A stretch of DNA of 64,000 nucleotides from a virus: positions 96,001-160,000 of IMG/VR virus record IMGVR_UViG_3300045988_183134; one strand, written 5' to 3'. This document shows positions 52,062-61,200 of the stretch, piece by piece (the stretch's first letter is position 1; every line of letters begins with the position of its first letter). A model generated the notes under the pieces. It was given only the letters and a program-made list of their open reading frames with translations, was not told the origin of the DNA and searched no databases. Made by a program: the position numbers and the translations under genes.

Positions 52062-52720
52062 GTTACAAAGGAGAACTGTTGTTCGAAGGGACAAAGTTCA
52101 AGTCTTATTTTAAGCAAGACTTAATAATTGAACAGACTTTTCTGGAATATGATGAGATTCCATTGCTGTGTGCGTGCCTGGACGAGGAGGGAAATCGCTA
52201 CTTTTGTAATTGTACCGAATTTCGCACATATGAAAAATGGGCTATATATCCGGTAAGTATTCTTCAACTTTTGAAGATGGTAAAAAATGAAGTTACTCCG
52301 GCTGATACTTTTGATGCTTCCACAGTTGTATATGTCTTTACAATCGATTGGGAAAACGAGAGTGAAAAGTTCGAAAAAAAGACAGTATCTGAGTTAACGA
52401 AATATGACAGATTGCCAGACAATATATATTTGACTTCGCATCCAAATCGACTCGAAAAATATGCAGATAGCCTTCAAACTGTTTACAAAGCTCAAACTGC
52501 GTTGTGCTGCAGTAAGCGTTACGTTGCCTGCTGTGTCCGAAGCGTTGACGTGACCAATGAACTCCTTAGTAGCCTTATATTGTCAAAGGCGAACTATCCG
52601 GTACGATTGAACGTAGAGATTAGTATTGGCAAAAACCATAGAGATATTCAACTGCAAGAAACAAACAACATCGACATTATACACATGACAAAATCGGATT
52701 ATGCATGTGTTAGCGTATGA
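52058..52720 (+). CDS. 220-aa protein, long paralog of 41406..41777 with a ~95-aa C-terminal extension (antitoxin candidate)
   Basis: Residues ~25-135 align with the 123-aa paralog (RYFCNCTEFRTY, KYDRLPDNIY, SHPNRLEKY). It has ATGA overlaps on both sides. Confidence 0.7.
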   Translation: MSYKGELLFEGTKFKSYFKQDLIIEQTFLEYDEIPLLCACLDEEGNRYFCNCTEFRTYEKWAIYPVSILQLLKMVKNEVTPADTFDASTVVYVFTIDWENESEKFEKKTVSELTKYDRLPDNIYLTSHPNRLEKYADSLQTVYKAQTALCCSKRYVACCVRSVDVTNELLSSLILSKANYPVRLNVEISIGKNHRDIQLQETNNIDIIHMTKSDYACVSV

Positions 52721-53154
52721 GGACGCGTAATTATATGGAACTCACCAAATTGGCTTTAATAAAAACTGTGATGCCATGTGTTAAATTGGAAATCGCAGAG
52801 CAAGCTTTACAAAATGAAAGCAATCCACGTGAACAACTTCATCAAAAAATCAATATACAGGGTGGCGTTGAAGACGAAGAGGAACCGTCAACCGTAAAAG
52901 TTAGAATTAAAATTTCTGTCTCTACAGACTCTGGGAATGTTGCTTTTGAAGCGTGCAGAGAAAGCACATTCCAAAATGAGTCTGGCGAAAAATGGAAAAA
53001 TCGCGAAGATGCTATGCAAGATGTCAAAAACACTGCTATCCCATTGGCATATGAAGATATGCAGCGATTTGTTGAAGAATTGTCCAAAAGTGCCGGGATT
53101 TCTCCGTTTCCAATCCCGGGCTATGATACTATCCAAAAGGATGAGAGTGAGTAA
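52717..53154 (+). CDS. SecB-like chaperone
   Basis: STVKVRIKISVSTDSGNVAFEACRESTF and NTAIPLAYEDMQRFVEELSKSAGISPFPIPGYD align by eye with E. coli SecB [29 protein letters not shown] and [31 protein letters not shown]. Confidence 0.55.
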   Translation: MRTRNYMELTKLALIKTVMPCVKLEIAEQALQNESNPREQLHQKINIQGGVEDEEEPSTVKVRIKISVSTDSGNVAFEACRESTFQNESGEKWKNREDAMQDVKNTAIPLAYEDMQRFVEELSKSAGISPFPIPGYDTIQKDESE

Positions 53155-53430
53155 AACGGGCTTTGACTGATGTTCACGCCTCGTAAGCTCAGAACGTGTA
53201 AAGCAATTCAAGAAAGTTATATCTCAAATATCGCAATAGCGTATAGGCTATACCAGCCTGTGCGCTTTCTTTTTGCCATATTTCGTCATAATCAATAAAA
53301 GCATTTATTGCTTTTTGTTAATCATGTAATTGACTTTGCAAAACAGTGTCGGTAAAATAAAGGTATTCGATAGACCGCATTAACAATCTGTGAACTTTTT
53401 GGGGTTCGTATTGTGCGATTGCCACATAAA

Positions 53431-53439
53431 TGGTATTAT
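53431..53439 (+). promoter_or_regulatory. extended -10 promoter TGGTATTAT (a degenerate TGTGCGAT box lies at 53412)
   Basis: tTGTGCGATtgccacataaaTGGTATTAT, about 140 nt upstream of 53576. Confidence 0.4.
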
Positions 53440-53575
53440 GCAATTGTACAGAAGGATAGGCGGCAAAAGAGTCCACAGCATCGTCGATGACGAAATCCAA
53501 AGCTGCGTAGGGCTGACGTCGAACCTATTAGTTGAATGTGGCCCCCGGCACTAGACGCCGGGATGTAAAGGAGAA

Positions 53576-54772
53576 TTGAATATGAAACGTAAGACTATCA
53601 TTTTAGCAGTGGTAGCAGCCGCTGCGATGGCGCTCAGCCTGGTAGGGTGCGGCGTGAAAATCACGAACATCGCGGTTCCGGAGTCTGCGATGGTGGAGAA
53701 GGGTGAAAGTATTACCCTGCCTGTTGTGTACGGCACCGACGATGCTCCGGCCGTAACTCCTGAGACTGCTGCAACCGGTGAAAGTGCTGCAACGGATGAG
53801 AAAGTAGCCAAGGCTGCCGAAAAGCTCACCATTGAGTGGACCTCCTCCGATGAGAGCGTTGCGACGGTCGATGCCACTGGCATGGTGGTTGCTGTCTCTG
53901 CAGGTGAAGCTGACATCACTGCAAGCGTCACGGATTCTGAGATGAGTGCTGTCTGCAAGGTTACGGTTAAAGTGGCCGCGAAAGACATCACCGTTCCCGA
54001 CAACCTTGACGTCAAGCTCAACGATGGAAACGAAACCACTGTCGAGACAACGGTAAGCCCGGCTGATGCCACCGATGTGAAGGTAAGTTACGCTTCTACT
54101 GATGAGGCAGTGGCCACCGTCGATAAAGACGGCAGGGTTCAGGTCTTGCAGCCTGGTGAATGCGACATCACCACGACCCTCATGCAGGATGGCGAAAAGG
54201 TCACCGAGAAGACGACTCATGTGAAAGCATTCTATGAGGTTGAAAGCATCACGCTCGATTCCAACGAAGGCAAGTTGACGGTCGGTAACTCTCACACCAT
54301 TAAGGCGATGGTTGCTCCCGAAGAGGTTGCCGCCGAAACTACCATCGAGTGGTCGTCCAGCAACGAGAAGGTCGCTACAGTCGATGAGAACGGTAAAGTC
54401 ACTGCAATTGCGGCCGGTGAGGCAACCATCACCGCAACTGCCGGTGAGGAAAGTGCCAACTACGAAGTGACGGTTGAACAGCCGAAGAAGGTCACGACCA
54501 GCAACAAGACTTATAAAAGCAGCAGTTCCAGCAACAGTTCTGCTGCTGTGACGCCTTCCAACCCGGCACCTGTTGCCCCGGCTCCCGCACAGCCTGACCC
54601 GGCACTGGCACAGCCTGACCCTCAGCCGGAACAGCCCGCGCAAGACTCTCAACCCAGCGGGGGCACTGATAACTCTGGCGGTAATAGTGAGGATGACTGG
54701 TGGCATGGTCCTGTTCTTTCTGCGCCGACTGATAACGGTTGCCCTCCTGAGGATGTTGGCATTCTTTGCTGA
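53576..54772 (+). CDS. lipoprotein with three or four Big_2-like Ig repeats and a Pro-rich tail
   Basis: Lipobox is ALSLVG|CGV. Repeats are ESVATVDATGMVVAVSAGEADITA, EAVATVDKDGRVQVLQPGECDIT and EKVATVDENGKVTAIAAGEATITA. The tail is PAPVAPAPAQPDPALAQPDPQPEQP. Confidence 0.8.
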   Translation: MNMKRKTIILAVVAAAAMALSLVGCGVKITNIAVPESAMVEKGESITLPVVYGTDDAPAVTPETAATGESAATDEKVAKAAEKLTIEWTSSDESVATVDATGMVVAVSAGEADITASVTDSEMSAVCKVTVKVAAKDITVPDNLDVKLNDGNETTVETTVSPADATDVKVSYASTDEAVATVDKDGRVQVLQPGECDITTTLMQDGEKVTEKTTHVKAFYEVESITLDSNEGKLTVGNSHTIKAMVAPEEVAAETTIEWSSSNEKVATVDENGKVTAIAAGEATITATAGEESANYEVTVEQPKKVTTSNKTYKSSSSSNSSAAVTPSNPAPVAPAPAQPDPALAQPDPQPEQPAQDSQPSGGTDNSGGNSEDDWWHGPVLSAPTDNGCPPEDVGILC

Positions 54773-54868
54773 TGGCTTTTTCGCCGACTGATAACGGTTG
54801 TACTGACGAAGAAAGAGCAGCTGCATTGTGTTAAATAAGTTGCTTGAGTAAAATTATTCTATCCAATG

Positions 54869-54902
54869 AAAAGGAGACTCCGTTTTGGGGTCTCCTCTTT
54901 TA
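54869..54902. terminator. bidirectional terminator
   Basis: aaaa-ggagac-tccgttttgg-gtctcc-tctttt. Confidence 0.65.
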
Positions 54903-54974
54903 TATTCTTCCGCCCCAAAAAGCCCGTTTCAAAAGAAAAGCTAATGCCTAAGCTTTCAAAAACTTCTTGCAAAT

Positions 54975-54983
54975 AATATACCA
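54975..54983 (-). promoter_or_regulatory. extended -10 promoter (AAATATATGGTATATT class) with no ORF downstream
   Basis: The reverse complement reads caaatataTGGTATATT. It points leftwards toward the terminator at 54869-54902, about 70-100 nt away. Confidence 0.4.
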
Positions 54984-55150
54984 TATATTTGACTGCTAAT
55001 TTTCACAAGTTTTCCTCCCCACGTTGTCGTAATTGCACAAAGACCCATATGCAAAGAAGAAGCCGTCCCACAAAGGCTCGGCTTCTTTTTTCTATTTGTG
55101 TCGTTGAAAAGTCATTTTTTACTTTCCGCGAAATTTGTTTTTCTGGCTTA

Positions 55151-55178
55151 TTGCCAAGGCTTGCGAATCGCATATGAT
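55151..55178 (+). promoter_or_regulatory. TGTGCGAA-box promoter, copy n (box CTTGCGAA)
   Basis: TTGCCA-agg-CTTGCGAA-tcgca-TATGAT-agaaaa, followed by TGTACGG. It lies 105 nt upstream of ATG 55283. Confidence 0.5.
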
Positions 55179-55282
55179 AGAAAATGTACGGAAGCAAAAA
55201 GCAATGCGTGCAGGGGCGTTGAAGCGTGGCGCTCAGCCAAAGTGCCTGCAAAAACGCCGCTGTACAGAAAGGAAATCGCATT

Positions 55283-58200
55283 ATGCAGAAAATTATGCAA
55301 AAAGTGACCTCCGTAGCATTGGCCGCCAGCATGCTGTTTTCGATGATGTCTACGACCGCACTTGCGTTCGCAGACGAAACCGGAGACAGCACCTCTGTTT
55401 CGACCGATGTTACGGATGCCCCGGCTGCGGAAGAGGCAGATGCGGTGGATTCCGGTAGTTCAAATGATGCCGACTCCTCTGATGCCACTTCCGCGCCGAC
55501 TATCACGGATGTTGTGGACCTGACGCATGAATCGTATGAGGATACCAACTCTAACGATGAAACTACTCAGGATGCAACGTCTGATGTGGTGGATGGGGAA
55601 GAGACTTCTGAATCGGATGCCAACGACACAGAAGTCTCTACTCCTGAAACTGCAGAACCCACTTTCGTCGGTTTGCAGACAGTAACGCCGGAATACGGCG
55701 ACAAGCTAACCGCAAATGTCGGCGATTCTGTCACTCTGGATGCTCTGCTGAATCGTGACGATGTAGCAGTCACCTATCAGTGGCAGCGCAAGCAGAACTT
55801 TGCTGTTGATACGGCGTTGGCTCTCTACAACTACGAAGAGGATGAGCCTACCTGGTACAACTTCGTTATCGAAGATACCACAGAGCACACCGTCCTTGAA
55901 GAGCGTCCCGACTATGTCTGGCAAGGCTGCGAGATGTACTACGCTGTAGTCGATGCACTCGATGAAATCGGTGCTGATTCCAGCGATGTCCAGATTGCAT
56001 ACCACACTCCCAACTTCGTTCTGGATGGCTACACCATCACCGCTGCCAATGCCGAAGACGGCACCGTTGAAGTCTATGCTTCTAACGGAGAGAGCACCTA
56101 CACCGCACATCTCAACGATGACGGCAAGTGGGAGTTCGGTGATGAAGCTGCTGCCAGCCAGGATACGGATTGGCAGGATATTGAGGGCGCAACGGAATCC
56201 ACCTACACTTTTGAAGTGACGGAAGATGACCTGTCCGCCAACTATCGCTGCCGCATTGTTGTGACCGATGAAGCATACCGCGAGGAAAACTTCAAGGCTC
56301 TCGAGGATTTGGGCAATGAGCTGACCGACGAGGACAAGGCCGGAGATATCATTCTCCAGACAGCTCAGTTCAGCATCAGCCTGCCGGAAGACGAGAACAG
56401 CAGTGACGTTGCTACTCAGAACATGCCTGATACGGTTGTTATGCTGGCAGACACGTTCTCTTCTCGCTCCGCTGACAGCATTGCCATTTCCTCGGATAAC
56501 CAGTGGATTACGGGTCTTAACGGCAACTACGAGTACATCACCAAGAACATGTACGACCAGGTGACTGAATGGTTCAAGGCTGGTAAGATTGATAAAGCCA
56601 CCGCAGACCGTTACTGGACTCAGATTGGCGGTGCTTGGAGTGGCTCAAAGGTCGGAACTGCCAATGTTCTGGATGATAACGGCTTCCCCACTGGTGCAAC
56701 TCGTCAGTACATGGAGTTCCCGCTGACGGATGGCAATATGTTGGAAGTCAACTCTGAATGGTATGGTCAGACCGTTTATTTCCGTCCACACAACAACAGT
56801 AACGATTGGAATCTGACTGGCACTGCGGTCAATGTTCCCGCTTACACTGCTGTTCTTCGCAACAATGGTAGTTATGGCACTGGCGCATCCGGTACAAAAT
56901 ACAAGGATGCTGTTGTGTTTTTGAATCCTTGGGTATCTGATGCAGGTCGTATGTATGCAAATTTCATCAATTTTGTATCAGATAACGGTTGGCTGCGTAA
57001 CACAAGTGGAAGTGGCCATTTGAGTCAACATATTACAGTTCTTTCAGTTAAAGCTGAGCAATTCAACCAGGACCCTGACCAGTATATGATGGATGCTGAG
57101 GGTAACTACCGTATCGACTCTATTGGCTGGGGCGTCTGCGTTAATCAGGAACCTGACCTTTCCGGTAAAGCCTATTATGCTATCAAGGCATTCCTGAGCC
57201 AGGGCTACGGTATGTGTATCGGCCACGATACAATGTATGCCTATGCTGGTTCCTGGTATGATGCCCATGAAGCTGGTTACACCGACCCCGGCTCTCGTGA
57301 CTATTACGAGGGTGGTCGTTATGGCCCTGATAAGAATGATACCTCTACCCGCTATTACGTTCTTAACAGTGTTCCTAACATTGACAATGGCCATTGGAAC
57401 ATGAATGCTCTGATGGGTGCGAACGGTGGTAACATCGATTCTGGTACAGTTCTTCCTACTGACGCTATCTCGATGATTCTGTCTACCGGTGGTTCTCACA
57501 GTTCCTACGGCAAGGCTGGTATTATGTACGGCTCTGACCAGCTGAGTGTGAAACTGAAGCCTTACTCCAATTCTCAGGCTCAGAGCACTGTCAAGTATCG
57601 TAATCCTACCAACTTCCCATATGATGTGCCGACTGGAACCACACTCGAAGCTTCCAAGACTCACTCCAACTCGCAGGTTGCTTTCGGCCCTATCTGGGTT
57701 GAATACGCTGGCGGTAACGTGACTGGTGCTGAGTTCGGTTACAATCCGGACCCGACAACCAAGACAATTACCGATGAAGAGACTGGTCAGTCCTGGTTTG
57801 GCACAAGCAACTTTTACTTGTCTGGTACTGGCAACTTCCTGATGAACCAGATTGGTCACTTGCCGGACAACAAAGCGACCAAGGCCGAAGCTTCTCTGTT
57901 CGCCAACACTGTCATGTACATCTCTCAGCGTAAACAGTGCGAGATTTGTGCAGCACAGCAGAATGGCCAGGAAGATGTCCATTTCGTGATTCGTGTTTCC
58001 TCTGTCAACGCGCAGCAGGTTCTGTCCGCTTTGCAGAATGGCGGTACTTTCTGGTATCCGCTGAATGGCTGCTATCAGCTGACGGATGACCTGACTCTGC
58101 CGGAAGGCTGGAAGCCCATCAAGAACTTCTCCGGTCACTGGAACGCAGATGTCTATAAGGTGAAGCTCGCAAGCAACAATCAGCCTGTGTTCGATAACAC

Positions 58201-61200
58201 AAGCGTGACTGCAAACGGTATGTATACCAGCGGCAAGAACAACGGCTGGAACTTGGGTTCTGATATGACCAAAGGTACGCTGCCGATTCTGAAGCTGGAC
58301 AATCAGCCGGATGTTCGCATCACCGGTGTTGCCCGTGTTGTTGGTGACCTGAATGCATTGTTCCCGACCTCTTACGGCGTAACCGATTATACCGGTTACA
58401 AAGTTGTTGTTCATGGCTCTGATGGCGTTGACTATAACTGTGTTGTAAACAGCGATAGCAAATACGTTATCTCGAACCTGCCGACCACCGGTATGATGCG
58501 TGCCGATGTCATTGACAAGAGCGGCAACAAGGTCACTCAGTTTGGCATGATTACGGTCGATGTTCCGAACCATTTCTGGAACGACACTGAAACCCATCCT
58601 CTGCAGCTGATGACCCCAACCGCTGACCCGATTGATGACTATAAGGACTGGGAAGGTCCGGTCAACAAGACGGTTGACAGTAAGCTGTATTACAATGAAC
58701 AGCTGAAAGCCTCCGATGTTACCTGGTATTACCGCATTATCTCCGTTGACAACCAGGTTGGCGATTGGGTGAAAATCGGTAATCCTGGCACTTCCTTCGA
58801 TACCTCTGACGGCACTGTGAGCGGCAAGATTAACAGCCTGACGTTCACTGCAGCAACGGACAGCGACTTGCCTTATACGACAAGCTCTGTAAGTTACTCC
58901 AAGTTGGATTACACCACGAACCGTATTCAGTTCAAGTGCGAATACAACGTGAGTGGTACTGTATATTCCAGTATGGATAAGGCTGAGGATGGCCGCAACG
59001 GTTATGTTGACGTTGAAATCCGCCCGATGTATATCGAGCAGGCTTTTGACCGCCGCATCTCCGTTGGTGGCAGCACTTCCTTCTCCTTCGATGCGTTCTA
59101 CTGGAAGGGTGTTGAGGATGGCCTGACCTACGAGGTCCAGTACCGTGATGCAAGCGGTAACTGGGTTGCCGTTGGCAGTGATTCTACTCTGTTCCCGTCC
59201 TCTAAGTACAAAATCAGTTATGTAACCAAGACTGATGATAATGATGCTTTGGGCGGTGGTGTCTGGTATCCGTCCGATTTCTGGGTTCCTGATTCCTTCA
59301 CTGGCAGTGATGCGAAGATGAATGCAGGTAAATCTACATTCAATAAGCACACCACTGTTACGCTGGAACTCTCGAATGCAGCGATGGATTGGGATGGCAC
59401 GGATTTCCGCTGTGTCTTCACCTATAAGTCTACCGGGCATACCATGAGCACCGATACTACCACGGCAAACGATATTGCACAGGCTCGTACTGGTCACCTT
59501 ATCATCTATGCACCGCCCATTGAGATGACGCCATTGAAGGCTCAGTCTCTGCTGCTGAATAACTACGATTCCAGCAACGGCAACCTTGCATGGACAACCC
59601 CGGCTTCCAACCCGAATAATGGCCGTAGCCCGAAGGAAATTCCTTTGGATGCTATCAATCCTGATAAACTGGGCCAGGGTGGTAAAGCCTATGGCGCAGC
59701 AGGTGATAACAAGGCCATTTATACCACAAAGATTACCTATTACGGTAATAAAGACAGTGCTCCCACCATTAAGTGGTTGTACAGTGATGTGGCAGGCGGC
59801 GGCAGCCTCTCTCAGTTCAAGGATGTCGGTGATGCCGTCACATTGAAGTACAGCGATGTTGGCAAGAAGATTGGCAACATCAGCAAGCTGAACAGCCGAG
59901 TGGCTGAACTTGAAAAGAGTTTCATGTCCAGCGGCAAAGCATTCAATAAGTTCAGCGGCTACATTAAGCTGGAAGCAATGTATCCGACTGAATCCAAGGA
60001 CCTGAACAACAGTTCTTATGCGGAATGGAACGCTATCGTGTCTCTGTACATTGATAACGCTACCAACCCGATGGATTACGGTAACACGCACTTCTATTTC
60101 CGTTGCCAGGCTGAAGCTCAGTACATGCAGAACTGGGATAGCGCCGATATGAAGCCCTATACCACTGCTGCAACTGATGCCTACAACTTTAATCGTGACG
60201 TGAACTCCAGCAATCCGGAAGACCATCTGTATAAGGATATCAGCCAGTCCTCTTACGGCGCTGAACTGGTTTTGGATTACAACATTTCCATTAAGGCCAA
60301 TGTTCCGAACAAAGCTACGAAGAAGCGTAATACTATTACGACTGCAAATGGCAGCGCAAAGGACATTTCGACCCTGCGGAATGAAATTTCCGAAATCAAC
60401 ACAGCTCTGAATAACGGCGGTGCGGTTTACAACTACAAAGACCTGGCGATTATCGCTCCGAATGGTCTGCGTTACATGGAAACCTACTTCATCGCGGGGA
60501 ATGGCGTAAATAACCGCTCCGGTATCGATTCCCGCGACACTGTGGTTATCGATAACAAGATTCGCAACTCTGACGGTAAGTGCTTTACGGACCTCTTCGA
60601 AAAGGTTACGGATGATGAATTCGTCAACAAGCGTCAAGGCTTCGCTTACCGTTCTAAGAGCGGCAACACGATTCCGAAGGAAACTTGGGAATGGTTCTGG
60701 CGTAATGCTATCTACTACATCTGCTATGATGCTCCGACCACAAAGGCCAACATGGACCAGGTGTATTTCTACATTGATGAACAGAACAGCGGTGCATCCT
60801 CTTCTCAGGTCTACTCCGAACCCAACAGCACTTCGAAACCCTATTCTATGTACACTGCTCCGTATACCGGTGAGTATATCATCACTCTGAACGGTGCAGG
60901 CGGCGGCGTTGATAACCAGTTTGGTCTGTCTCCCGAACGCACTTCGCTTGGCGGCAAGACCACGATTCGCGTCAAGGCGGAAAAGGGCGCGACGCTCTAT
61001 TTCGTCAACGGCGGTGCTGGTTCTCATGACCCGACACACTACGTCAACGGTGCATCGAGCCCCGATGCTAACGCAAAAGTTGTGGTCCAGGGCGGCTACA
61101 ACGGCGGTGGTAACGGCGGTATCATGATGCAGGAGCGCTACGCTCACTGGAGCTTGAAGGGCGCTTCTGGCGGCGGTGCTACTACCGTGGCTGTCGGCAT

